NCBI GenBank assembly: GCA_043732185.1
Contig: JAYTHY010000046.1
Span: forward strand, 5,250 to 69,249
Origin: Fibrobacteria bacterium
Lineage (GTDB): Bacteria; Fibrobacterota; Fibrobacteria; UBA11236
DNA length: 64,000 nt
Reading direction: 5' to 3'
Shown here: positions 16,920 through 25,809 of the stretch, in pieces
How the letters are laid out: each line of letters opens with the position of its first letter
Numbering within the stretch: the stretch's first letter is position 1
Made by a program: the position numbers and the translations under genes
The notes under the pieces: generated by a model
Database searches by the model: none
What the model saw: only the letters and a program-made list of their open reading frames with translations
Told to the model about the DNA's origin: nothing

Positions 16920-18668
16920 ATGGCTTGCTACGAACAAGACTTGATAATGTCAAAATCCCAACTGGGAGCAAGAAAGAACAGAATGCCGGCAGCCGAAAAA
17001 ACTTTTATTGGAATGTCCCTTTTTCTCCCATCTCGGATTGACTTAGGATTTCTCTATCTGGTCCTACTTTCGACTCCAAACCCGACCTGGTCGCACGGCG
17101 CGGATGCTGCCGCTGCGGCCCATCCCGCCCATATCGGTTCAGGAGTGGATATGATGGAACCGGATGATTCATTGAAAATCGCTGTGGACATGTTCGGATA
17201 CCTCGCAAACTCCTGGACTTCCACGCTTGGAGTAGGGACGCCTCTTGGAGCGGGAGGCAAAGGCCCGCAGTATTACAATCAATGGCTTTACAAGAACGGC
17301 CCTTTTGATCGACCACATCTCGAAAAACCGGACCTTCGGCCGGGATATGAAGACTTTTCCTATGTGCCCACGTGGCAGCCGGATCAGTTGGAACTGCGGA
17401 CCCAATACCGTTTTCTTCCCCGTATGTGGGGATCGATTTCCCTCGGATATGATGCCGACCCGATCAATACCGAATCTGAAGACGCCCTCCACGCTCCGAC
17501 CCTCGAAGAGCTGCTTCTGAAGTGGGCGCCGGAAGGCACACCCGGATTGGCGTTCAGCTTCGGTCAGCAAACCATTGCCGGATCTTATAGTCCGATATTT
17601 GATCATTTCACATTGATTCACTCCGAGTTCGCCGGGCTTACGGCCACTTACGAACGCGAATCTTCCAGCGGCGTAAAAATGGAAGGGACGGCGGCCGTGG
17701 GCCAAGAAGGCGTTGGTCGATTGAAAAAGCCTGTTCAATCAAATTCAAACGATGTCGGCGATCCCGGAACCGCAATGTATACAGATGGCATCCGCTCACG
17801 CAATCATTTCCAGGCCAACATTCGGCTCACCTCTCCCGGAGGATTCTACCTGGGCTTCCTGGGCGAATACCAGAGCTTACCTGAAGACAGCACGGTCATG
17901 GTCCCTCTGGCCGCCACCTTATTCAGATACCATTGGCGTAGGAGCCGGGGTTGGCAGGCCGGCGGTGAATGCGGATATGTCGGTAAGATCTGGGAACATC
18001 ATTTTACCGTAAGTCATGGCGAAGGCGATGTGAACATGGCATGGAGCGGTCCTGACGCCATTTCCCTGCCCAGCAGGGTTCCTCCGGATGTGGAATGGAC
18101 CAGAGAGGGTAGCGCGTTATCCCAGGCTATCTATTGGGGCGGATTCCATGACGGGCGCTGGCGCATCGATGCCGGTGCTTGGACGCAGTGGCGCGACCCC
18201 GCAAAGGATGCGGGGTACTCCTACGCCACCGGAAAAACCGGACCGGACAGCATTCTGCAACTGAAAGCGCAGGACTTCCGGGCCGCGAAGCTCGCATTGG
18301 AACCCTCTTTCAAGTGGAGAGGATTCATGACGCTCGGGCTTCGTTACGATTACTTCCTTTATTTGGATCCATCAGCCCATGCCAATACCATAGAACCCCT
18401 TACCGATGCAGCGCTACGACCTGTTGAAGCCGTTTTACCAGATGGATCAACGGCCCAAATGCAGGGACCCTCACAATGGGAGCGCGAAGCTGCCAACGCG
18501 CAAATCATTTCTCCCTTTGCGCAGATGGATCTGGGCGAAGACTTCCATGCCCGTGCAGGCTGGTCCGGAGCTTGGTATAGTAAAGGTGTGAACCGCCAGG
18601 GTTCCATTGGGGAATTCCATGCCAATGCCACTTTGGCGGCTTGGTTCACTTACCGCTTTGACCAATAA
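16920..18668 (+). CDS. hypothetical W/Y/G-rich exported protein, possible outer-membrane beta-barrel
   Basis: 582 aa. Internal candidate signal peptide MSLFLPSRIDLGFLYLVLLSTPNPTWS. Aromatic-rich amphipathic segments throughout. No enzymatic motif. Confidence 0.45.
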   Translation: MACYEQDLIMSKSQLGARKNRMPAAEKTFIGMSLFLPSRIDLGFLYLVLLSTPNPTWSHGADAAAAAHPAHIGSGVDMMEPDDSLKIAVDMFGYLANSWTSTLGVGTPLGAGGKGPQYYNQWLYKNGPFDRPHLEKPDLRPGYEDFSYVPTWQPDQLELRTQYRFLPRMWGSISLGYDADPINTESEDALHAPTLEELLLKWAPEGTPGLAFSFGQQTIAGSYSPIFDHFTLIHSEFAGLTATYERESSSGVKMEGTAAVGQEGVGRLKKPVQSNSNDVGDPGTAMYTDGIRSRNHFQANIRLTSPGGFYLGFLGEYQSLPEDSTVMVPLAATLFRYHWRRSRGWQAGGECGYVGKIWEHHFTVSHGEGDVNMAWSGPDAISLPSRVPPDVEWTREGSALSQAIYWGGFHDGRWRIDAGAWTQWRDPAKDAGYSYATGKTGPDSILQLKAQDFRAAKLALEPSFKWRGFMTLGLRYDYFLYLDPSAHANTIEPLTDAALRPVEAVLPDGSTAQMQGPSQWEREAANAQIISPFAQMDLGEDFHARAGWSGAWYSKGVNRQGSIGEFHANATLAAWFTYRFDQ

Positions 18669-18810
18669 GAACCGCAACACTTCTTCGCTTCGGGCAGGTT
18701 AAATCCTTAGCGACAAAGCCATTCCAGTGGAGGGCAAGAACGGCCTTCTCAGGATCGAAAACGTTAAACCTAAAACCTGCTTAGAGTACCCGGCTAAACT
18801 AATGTTTCCT

Positions 18811-18864
18811 GGTGTCCACAAAGTGTCCACTTTTTGAGAGTAAGAGGGAGGATTTCGGAGGGTG
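18811..18864. repeat. 54-nt motif copy A: GTGTCCAC-AAA-GTGTCCAC-TTTTT-GAGAGTAAGAGGGAGGATTTCGGAGGGT, followed by hairpin 18861..18890
   Basis: About 80% identical to copy B at 19198..19250. Direct octamer repeat with 11-bp periodicity. A 9-bp-stem hairpin (GGTGAGGGA...TCCCTCACC) lies just downstream. Confidence 0.7.
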
Positions 18865-18934
18865 AGGGAAGCAAATGTGCCTCCCTCACCACCGGCCTAT
18901 CGCCAAATCCTTTCGAATTTCAGCGATTAAAAGT

Positions 18935-18980
18935 GCACCCGGCAGGATTCGAACCTGCGACCAACGGTTTAAAAATCCTA
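18935..18980 (-). pseudogene. tRNA-Lys(UUU)-like 3' half-fragment (anticodon loop TTTTAA through T-arm and 3' acceptor strand), no 5' half
   Basis: The minus-strand sequence ...GGATTTTTAAACCGTTGGTCGCAGGTTCGAATCCTGCCGGGTGCA matches the 3' half of bacterial tRNA-Lys. No complementary 5' acceptor strand (GCACCCG) or D-arm is found in several folding registers. Confidence 0.4.
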
Positions 18981-19197
18981 TTCCACCCAATGGTTGGAAT
19001 AGCGGTATTAGAACCTACAACTTTAGTTGCCTCCTCAATCCTGAACCACGAGGCATTGAAATGCAGGTTGAAGCGGCAAGTAGCTAATCAATTATTTAGG
19101 AGCAATTCCCTCCCTGCCTGACTTTGGAAAAGGTCAGCCTCCAGCCTTAAGTAAACCGAACAACCCGCCAGGGACACCCGGTTAATGTTGAACTGGG

Positions 19198-19250
19198 GGT
19201 GTCCACTTTGTGTCCACTTTTTCGGAGTAGAAGGGGGGGCTTCGTAGGGT
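19198..19250. repeat. 54-nt motif copy B: GTGTCCAC-TTT-GTGTCCAC-TTTTT-CGGAGTAGAAGGGGGGGCTTCGTAGGGT, followed by hairpin GGGTC-TGATCT-GACCC
   Basis: Direct repeat of copy A. It sits about 75 nt from the 3' end of tRNA-Gly, the same distance copy A sits from the tRNA-Lys-like fragment. Confidence 0.7.
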
Positions 19251-19326
19251 CTGATCTGACCCGAAACAAAAAGCCCCTCCGAAAATGACAGATTTCTCGC
19301 GAAATTAGGCATCCCGAAGGGGCTTA

Positions 19327-19402
19327 TGGAGCGGATTGCGGGACTCGAACCCGCGACCCTTTGCTTGGGAAGCAAAAGCTCTACCAACTGAGCTAAATCC
19401 GC
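19327..19402 (-). tRNA. tRNA-Gly (anticodon CCC), CCA encoded
   Basis: The minus strand reads GCGGATTTAGCTCAGTTGGTAGAGCTTTTGCTTCCCAAGCAAAGGGTCGCGGGTTCGAGTCCCGCAATCCGCTCCA. This folds as a canonical cloverleaf with anticodon loop TCCCAAG. Confidence 0.9.
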
Positions 19403-19640
19403 AAATCAAAACTTTTCAACAGAATCAATTTGAATGCCTAATATAGTGAGATCCAATTTCTTTGGGAAGTGTGACAGTTGCCAGCCGACATTAACAATAC
19501 CCGTGCACCTAGCGCCCATGCCGGTAAAGATATTGCACATAATAGCAGCATAAAAATCCGAGGCACCTTTCCTGCCTCTAAAATTTCCAAAAACTGGGCA
19601 AGTTATTACTATTCAGCCAAACTTAGAGTTCGGGAAAATC

Positions 19641-20084
19641 ATGGAAACTACTTTTGTAATTGTTAAACCAAATGGCGTCAAAAATGGTCTGATCGGCGAA
19701 ATTATCGGCCGCTTTGAAATGGCTCGTTTGTCCGTATCGGCCCTTAAAATCAAAACCATCACCAAGTCTGAGGCGGAAGCCTTTTATGGGGAGCATAAGG
19801 AAAGAGGTTTCTTTCCTGAATTGGTAGCCTTTATGACTTCGGGCCCTTCGGTCTTGCTGGCCCTTTCCGGTGATAAAGCCGTGGAAAAGGTCCGTACCCT
19901 AAACGGCGCTACCAATCCCGCCAATGCAAGTCCCGGTACTATTCGCCACGACTTTGCGCCCAACACCGGTGAAAATATTGTCCACTCTTCCGATTCTGTG
20001 CAAAGCGCGGAACGCGAAGTGGCTTTCTGGTTCGAAAAGACGGACCTCGTTTCCTACCCTGCGTATTCGCATATTCGTAACTAA
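19641..20084 (+). CDS. ndk: nucleoside diphosphate kinase
   Basis: ETTFVIVKPNGV...NIVHSSDS contains the active-site His motif. Full-length similarity to Ndk. Confidence 0.95.
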   Translation: METTFVIVKPNGVKNGLIGEIIGRFEMARLSVSALKIKTITKSEAEAFYGEHKERGFFPELVAFMTSGPSVLLALSGDKAVEKVRTLNGATNPANASPGTIRHDFAPNTGENIVHSSDSVQSAEREVAFWFEKTDLVSYPAYSHIRN

Positions 20085-20120
20085 AGTCCCCGCCACCTGG
20101 GGCTGATTCAAGAGGACCGC

Positions 20121-20642
20121 TTGATACTGCCATTTGGTGACACAGAACCCCAGCTAGGTGCCAGAGTTTTTGTGGCCCCTTCTGCCGACCTAATCGGTCA
20201 AGTTGTTCTCGGCGACGACGCCTCAATTTTTTTCCAATGTGTTTTGCGCGGAGACATCAATTCCATTTCGGTGGGTGCGCGGTCGAATATTCAGGACCAA
20301 ACTACCGTGCATGTGGCCAATGATCTGTCAGCCATACTCGGCGAGGATGTTTCCGTGGGACATGGGTGTATCATCCACGCCTGCACTGTTGGCAACCGTG
20401 TCCTAGTTGGCATGGGAAGCATTATTATGGATGGAACGGTAGTGGGAGAAGAGTGTTTGATTGCGGCAGGAAGCCTACTGCCTAAGGGCAAGATCTACCC
20501 GGCCGGTTCTCTGATCATGGGTAATCCGGGGCGCGTGATACGACCTTTGACACCGCAGGAAATCAGCGATATTCATAAACTGGCGGCAAAATATGTTCAC
20601 GTAAAGGACGTGTATTTAAAGACCCGTACATGGCACGTCTAA
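20121..20642 (+). CDS. gamma-carbonic-anhydrase-family / hexapeptide-repeat (left-handed beta-helix) protein
   Basis: Hexapeptide repeats and a YrdA/PaaY-like layout (VFVAPSADLIGQVVLGDDASIFFQCVLRGD...). TTG start. Confidence 0.75.
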   Translation: MILPFGDTEPQLGARVFVAPSADLIGQVVLGDDASIFFQCVLRGDINSISVGARSNIQDQTTVHVANDLSAILGEDVSVGHGCIIHACTVGNRVLVGMGSIIMDGTVVGEECLIAAGSLLPKGKIYPAGSLIMGNPGRVIRPLTPQEISDIHKLAAKYVHVKDVYLKTRTWHV

Positions 20643-21229
20643 AGGCATTCAGTATTTTCTTGTTGGTACTGGTCGTTTTGGCCTGGGTCATCAATGCCTA
20701 CATAGTGGTTAAAACCAAAGCCCACATGTTTTCGGATTTGGCCTCGATTCCCTACGTGGACGCCGTGATTGTCCCTGGAGCCAGTGTCTATCGCTCTGGG
20801 AAATTGTCCCCGGTCCTCCGCCAGCGCATGGAAGGCGCTATCAAATACCTAGCCATCCATAAAGGGACCAAACTGCTGTTGTCCGGCCATGCCGTACCAA
20901 GAGGTTACAATGAAACGGTTTCCATGTTGGAATATGCGCGTCGCAACGCGATTCCGCCGGAGGATATTCTAGTTGACGAGAAGGGACGTTCCACCTATGT
21001 TACCCTGCTCAATTGCCGCAGAAATTTTTCTTTTCGCCGCATCTTGATCGTAAGCCAAGATTACCACCTTCCTCGTTCACTGTATATAGCCCAGAACTTG
21101 GGGTTCGAGGCTTCCGGACTGATTGTTGCAGAATCAGAATCCGCCATTCCTTTTAGGGAATATCTTGTACGACTTAAAGACTTCATACTGGTACGTATCG
21201 CAAAATGGTTTAACGCCAATGCAAAATAA
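20630..21229 (+). CDS. SanA/YdcF (DUF218) family protein
   Basis: N-terminal TM segment followed by a DUF218 core (VDAVIVPGASVYRSGKLSPVLRQRMEGAIKY...LLLSGH). Confidence 0.75.
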   Translation: MARLKAFSIFLLVLVVLAWVINAYIVVKTKAHMFSDLASIPYVDAVIVPGASVYRSGKLSPVLRQRMEGAIKYLAIHKGTKLLLSGHAVPRGYNETVSMLEYARRNAIPPEDILVDEKGRSTYVTLLNCRRNFSFRRILIVSQDYHLPRSLYIAQNLGFEASGLIVAESESAIPFREYLVRLKDFILVRIAKWFNANAK

Positions 21230-22211
21230 TCGCTTGGCCATCGCTTTTTTAATCAACCCAATTTCCGGAGGAGGAATTGGCGGAATTGTCTTTCATCAGC
21301 TTCCGCAAATTATGGAATCGTTTGGGTTTCAGAGCGGGGATTGGAAAGCGGAACTCACGGATTCTAATCGTTTGGCAGAGCAGACGGATGCGCTGCTAGC
21401 GTCTGCTCAAAAAGTTATTGCGGTGGGTGGCGATGGCACTATTGGCTTTGTATTAAACAGGCTGCGCCTCATGGTCGTGGAAGATACGCAAATCGGCTTA
21501 ATACCTTTGGGAACCGGGAACGATTTGGGACGCTGTCTGGGTGTATTCAGAATTTACGATCAACGCGGACTGTTAGCCTGCGTCAAACGGCTACTCAAAG
21601 CGCAATGCACCGGGTTCGATTTATGGGAAATAAATGGAACGTTGACCATGGCCAGCTATCTTAGCCTGGGAATGGACGCTGCGGTATTGCACGATTTTGA
21701 TGTAGCCCGTAAAGGCGGAAAAATACCTAAAGGTTCCTTTTTTAATCGGCTCTATTACGTAAGCGCTTTTTTGCGCAGAACAAATTACCGTATTCAGGCC
21801 AAGTGTAAAGTGCGTTTAATGACAGGATCGAAAGAGGAAATTCTCGATCTGGGTGATACGCTCTGTTGCTTAATTGGAAATATCAATTCCTATGCGGCCG
21901 GTGCCAAGCCTTTTCCATCGGCCCGTTTTGATGATTCCAAATTGGAAGTAGTAGTTTTCGACCGACTCTGGAAATTCGCCATGCTGGTTGTCTGTTCACG
22001 GATACTCCCGCGGTTCGGCCGTTACATGAAAAAATATGTCCAGGTCTATCAAGCCAATTCAGTGGAAATTTTCGGCGCTGAAGGAGAATTCGCCCAAATC
22101 GATGGAGAAGATATTACCAGCCTTGTCAAAACCTCTGGCGTGCTTGCCGTCAAGTCCGGTCGCCAAGTACAGCTACTGGATTTACGGAGTGCCTTCTTCA
22201 GTCTTTTTTAA
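21219..22211 (+). CDS. diacylglycerol-kinase catalytic-domain lipid kinase (YegS/BmrU-like)
   Basis: AFLINPISGGG ... VIAVGGDGTIGFVLNRL ... IGLIPLGTGNDLGRCLG. The internal ATG at 21219 is preferred over the ORF track's 21123; it overlaps the SanA stop by 11 nt. Confidence 0.8.
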   Translation: MQNNRLAIAFLINPISGGGIGGIVFHQLPQIMESFGFQSGDWKAELTDSNRLAEQTDALLASAQKVIAVGGDGTIGFVLNRLRLMVVEDTQIGLIPLGTGNDLGRCLGVFRIYDQRGLLACVKRLLKAQCTGFDLWEINGTLTMASYLSLGMDAAVLHDFDVARKGGKIPKGSFFNRLYYVSAFLRRTNYRIQAKCKVRLMTGSKEEILDLGDTLCCLIGNINSYAAGAKPFPSARFDDSKLEVVVFDRLWKFAMLVVCSRILPRFGRYMKKYVQVYQANSVEIFGAEGEFAQIDGEDITSLVKTSGVLAVKSGRQVQLLDLRSAFFSLF

Positions 22212-22998
22212 GGGCCAACAAAGTCTCCACATCATCGGTAACTAATCCCATTACGCCCAGCTCACTCGCTTGGCGAAAGGGCTTCGCTCCGAAAACATCC
22301 CATATAAAAATATTTTCGGTCCTGATATTACCGGTGGTGGACAGGGTTTCATCAATTAGGCTTTGGAAAAGTCCCCAGGATATGGAATAGAATTGGATGG
22401 CATTGGCTGTCTCCGCATCTTGCGCGGTGTACACGGATCTGAATCTGGAATACGAGTCAAAGATACCGCCGAGGAGCGGATACGCGTGTTGTTTGGCAAG
22501 CCGGCAAAGCAGGTCGGTAGTAAAGCTGCCTAAAAAAGTTTGCGCATGCGGGCGAGCCGCTTGAACCATGCGGGCAGAGGTCAGACCAAGTTTGTCCTGG
22601 TAATCGTGGTCGCTGTTTTTGGATTTTGGCACCTTCAGTTCCAAGTAAAAGGCGCGGTGGCCGAATTCCGACAGAAATTCTTCCAAACTGGGAATTCGAT
22701 ACTTCGCTTGTCGTTCACCGCCATCTTTGCTGGTGTAACTGTTTTTCAATTCCATGGAAAGGTCTTGCAATTCCTTCCAGGTCAAATCAGAGGCTGCATC
22801 GGAATTTCCAACCAATCGGAGACACTCATCGTCGTGAAAAATGAATGGTATGCCGTCCCGAGAAAGCTGTACGTCAAACTCGACCATGTCACAGCCTGCC
22901 GCATAGGCGGCTCGGAAGGCTTCCATGGTATTTTCGATATGCCTGCGGTGGAATCCCCGATGGGCCACCTTGAGCGGTTCACGAAGCACGTTCGCCAT
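22198..22998 (-). CDS. glycerophosphodiester phosphodiesterase (GDPD family)
   Basis: KVAHRGFHRRHIENTMEAFRAAYAAGCDMVEFDVQLSRDGIPFIFHDD. The ATG at 22998 avoids overlap with the upstream G3P dehydrogenase gene. Confidence 0.85.
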   Translation of the reverse strand: MANVLREPLKVAHRGFHRRHIENTMEAFRAAYAAGCDMVEFDVQLSRDGIPFIFHDDECLRLVGNSDAASDLTWKELQDLSMELKNSYTSKDGGERQAKYRIPSLEEFLSEFGHRAFYLELKVPKSKNSDHDYQDKLGLTSARMVQAARPHAQTFLGSFTTDLLCRLAKQHAYPLLGGIFDSYSRFRSVYTAQDAETANAIQFYSISWGLFQSLIDETLSTTGNIRTENIFIWDVFGAKPFRQASELGVMGLVTDDVETLLALKKD

Positions 22999-23005
22999 AT
23001 AGGCG

Positions 23006-24637
23006 TTAACCTCCTGCACGATGTCGGTTCCTGATTAAAAAATTCCGGTAGTCGGCGTCTTGACCCAGTTGCGCTCCCAATAATGGCTGCTTAGTCAGAA
23101 AAAATGCCTCCACGCGTGGGAGGCTCGCCAAGCCGCCATCCCAAGTAAAATAAACATCCGTACGACGGCGATAAAAATCTTCCGGCGTTCTAGCCCATTC
23201 CCGTTCGTAGGCAAAATGAACTTCCGCCATAAGTATAGGAACCTCGCCGAGGAGGCGCTCAGTCCCACCGGATAAATTTTGGGTGAATTCCGCTAGTTCC
23301 AAGGCTCGTAGGCCGTACCGTCTCATCCAAGTTACCCGTATCTTGTCATCCACAAAAGAGAAAGTGCGCAGCTTTTTCTCAAGCGTTGCCCTGGCTCCAG
23401 CGTTCAACCATGCACCGGGTAGTAGGCGAGCCTTGATATCCTTTACCTTTTTTCCATCCCCCAAAATGAATTTGAGATATTGCTCGGCCAAGGTTCGATG
23501 CGTCGTGTACTTTCCACCGACGGCGGAGAAAACTCCGTCCTGCAGTTTATGGAATTCATGTTCGCGACTCAACGTTATGGTGCTCCCGCTAACGGCGCGC
23601 GCCAAGGGGCGCAAACCCGTAATCGTACAAATGACATCCGGCTTTTGACCGGGGAAGTAAATTTCGGTAAGGCGCAGCAATTCCGCAATTTCCTGATCCT
23701 GCGGTTGCATGGAATCAGGCGGATAGTCTCCGACTTCCGTTTCCGTGGTACCGATCAGGTGTGTCTCCTTCCAAGGCACAACGAAAAAGTAGCGCCGGGT
23801 GTTGGGCACCGGCAGGATGAAGCAGGCACTGGAAGGCAATCCTCGGACAATTAGATGGATGCCTTGACTCAGGCGAACCTGGGGAGCGGACAAGGGAAAG
23901 GCCGTCTTAGCGACTTTATCCGTCCAAGGTCCTAATGCCAAGGCAACGCTTTTGGTCCGGTAACGGGATTCCTGTCCAGAAATGCGATCCAGTACTTTGA
24001 CCTCGGTCCAACCCTCTCCCCCACTCTCTACCCCTAGAAAGCTGTGATAATTGTGGATATGGGCTCCCAGGGCTCGCGCATCCACCAGGTTTTCCAGAAC
24101 CAGACGTGCATCATCCATAACGCAGTCAGAGTATTCATAAGCCCCGCAGGCTTCTTGGGGAAGGAAATGGGGTTCTAATTTTGTGAGCTCGCCTGCACTT
24201 ACCCAGCGATGTGATTGGATACGGAGCTTACCGGCTAGGAAATCATATAACGTGAGTCCAGCCTTGATACCAGCCCGCCCATGCCGGCCTAAGGAAGTAC
24301 GCGGAAACAGAAAGCGACGCGCTTCCACCAAGTGCGGTGCAATTCCTAATAGCTGGGCGCGTTCCCGTGTCGCGTCCCGGACCAACGAGAATGCATACGT
24401 TTCCAAATAGCGGAGTCCGCCATGAAGCAATTTTGAAGTATTTGTACTTGCCCCTTGTCCAAAATCGCCGGATTCGAAAAGGGCCACCTTTAGGCCTTGA
24501 AAAGCAGCCAAGCGGGCTAAAGCCGCGCCATTGATGCCTCCACCGGCAATTATGAGATCGTATTCCAAAATATTGACCGTGCCCTTTCCTCGTTTAATTT
24601 TCCTATTTTTCGTCGTGAAGTCATATTTAAAGTTCAA
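23006..24637 (-). CDS. FAD-dependent glycerol-3-phosphate dehydrogenase (GlpD/GlpA family)
   Basis: N-terminal FAD-binding fold YDLIIAGGGINGAALARLAAFQGLKVALFESGDFGQGASTNTSKLLHGGLRYLE. Confidence 0.85.
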   Translation of the reverse strand: MNFKYDFTTKNRKIKRGKGTVNILEYDLIIAGGGINGAALARLAAFQGLKVALFESGDFGQGASTNTSKLLHGGLRYLETYAFSLVRDATRERAQLLGIAPHLVEARRFLFPRTSLGRHGRAGIKAGLTLYDFLAGKLRIQSHRWVSAGELTKLEPHFLPQEACGAYEYSDCVMDDARLVLENLVDARALGAHIHNYHSFLGVESGGEGWTEVKVLDRISGQESRYRTKSVALALGPWTDKVAKTAFPLSAPQVRLSQGIHLIVRGLPSSACFILPVPNTRRYFFVVPWKETHLIGTTETEVGDYPPDSMQPQDQEIAELLRLTEIYFPGQKPDVICTITGLRPLARAVSGSTITLSREHEFHKLQDGVFSAVGGKYTTHRTLAEQYLKFILGDGKKVKDIKARLLPGAWLNAGARATLEKKLRTFSFVDDKIRVTWMRRYGLRALELAEFTQNLSGGTERLLGEVPILMAEVHFAYEREWARTPEDFYRRRTDVYFTWDGGLASLPRVEAFFLTKQPLLGAQLGQDADYRNFLIRNRHRAGG

Positions 24638-24670
24638 AGAAATTCACAATTTCACCAGGCACCATCCTAT

Positions 24671-25798
24671 ATGTCAAAAAAATTGCAGCTCCTAGCCATG
24701 CTTTTCTGCTTAATTCGCGTCGTGGTTCCCCAGGCGCAACCGTTAGCGGCCTATGCCAACCCAGAGCCTTCCCGCAATGCCAATGAGGCTTCCGGCCAAG
24801 GCCCTTCAGAAATCCCCGGCTTAGCTACAACTTACAAGGCCGGCAAACCCACTGCCGTAGTTATTACCGTGGGCCCAAACAAAATTCGACAGAGGCAAAT
24901 TGATACCCTGGTCGATTTGATGTCCCGCGCCAAACGTACGCCTGGAACCTTGGATCCGAGAGAAAAAATATCCTTGCAACGGATGGTAGCCACCAATTTG
25001 ATTGGCCAAGAATTGCTCGCATTGGAATCACAGCGCCTTAATGTGGTTGCCCCCGACAAGGAAATCGATTCACTATCCAAAGTATTCAAAGCCAATTTTC
25101 CAGATGACGCGAGCTTCAAACAGGCCCTAGCCCAAGCTGGTGATACAGAAAAAGGATTGCGCGAAAAAATGATCCGGCAAATCAAGGCCGATAAGCTTCT
25201 CAACTCCCAACTGACACCCGTTTCAAAACCAACGAACAAGGAAATACAAGACTTCTTCACCGCTCACAAAAAAGATTTCCCTTTTAATGACTCGCTCCGC
25301 GCCTGTCAGATAGTAATGATAACCGGCAAGGATGCGTCTCCATTGGCAATCGGCAAAAAGAAAGCCGACTTGGAGCGGGTTCGTCAGGAGTTAGCCAAAG
25401 ATACTGGCGATGTCGACATGCTGCTAACCCATTTTGTAATGGCTGCGCAGCAAGTATCCGATGGGCCAGAGAAAAAAGATGGCGGAGACCTCGGGCGGTT
25501 TAACCCCGCGGATTTTCAGCCCGAATTTAAACGACAAGTCATGGGACTTAAAGTGGGTCAAATGTCCCAGATATTCAGCACTCCCCTGGGTTACCATTTG
25601 ATTCTACTTACCGAACGTTATGACGGAAAATTCGAAAGCTATCGATTGCAAATTTCCCGCATCTTGATCCAGGAAAAATCGGCCATAGCCGGCAAAAATT
25701 TGAAGAAATACTTGCAAACGCTTGCCGCGCGTTATAAGGTCAACTACCTCCAGTCAGGCTTAAAAGATACGACGGTTGCCGGAGTCTATTCCCGCTAA
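24671..25798 (+). CDS. parvulin-type peptidyl-prolyl cis-trans isomerase, SurA/PpiD-like periplasmic chaperone
   Basis: Signal peptide. C-terminal parvulin domain (GGDLGRFNPADFQPEFKRQVMGLKVGQMSQIFSTPLGYHLILL). Confidence 0.7.
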   Translation: MSKKLQLLAMLFCLIRVVVPQAQPLAAYANPEPSRNANEASGQGPSEIPGLATTYKAGKPTAVVITVGPNKIRQRQIDTLVDLMSRAKRTPGTLDPREKISLQRMVATNLIGQELLALESQRLNVVAPDKEIDSLSKVFKANFPDDASFKQALAQAGDTEKGLREKMIRQIKADKLLNSQLTPVSKPTNKEIQDFFTAHKKDFPFNDSLRACQIVMITGKDASPLAIGKKKADLERVRQELAKDTGDVDMLLTHFVMAAQQVSDGPEKKDGGDLGRFNPADFQPEFKRQVMGLKVGQMSQIFSTPLGYHLILLTERYDGKFESYRLQISRILIQEKSAIAGKNLKKYLQTLAARYKVNYLQSGLKDTTVAGVYSR

Positions 25799-25809
25799 GC
25801 CTTTTCAAT

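Noticed and set aside
16626-16937. Minus-strand 103-aa ORF spanning the 16686..16919 intergenic region
   Set aside because: Overlaps the ends of both flanking plus-strand genes and covers the palindromic putative operator. Likely non-coding.
8100-18700. Mobile genetic element or genomic island call for the accessory stretch
   Set aside because: No integrase, transposase, direct-repeat boundaries or conjugation/phage genes are recognisable. Only the tRNA half-fragment hints at past integration, so I describe it as accessory rather than as a defined mobile element.
18935-19030. Complete tRNA or tmRNA on the minus strand
   Set aside because: No 5' acceptor strand complementary to CGGGTGC and no D-arm in any register within 100 nt. 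No tmRNA tag reading frame (…ALAA-type) or pseudoknot region upstream. Only the 3' ~45 nt are tRNA-like.
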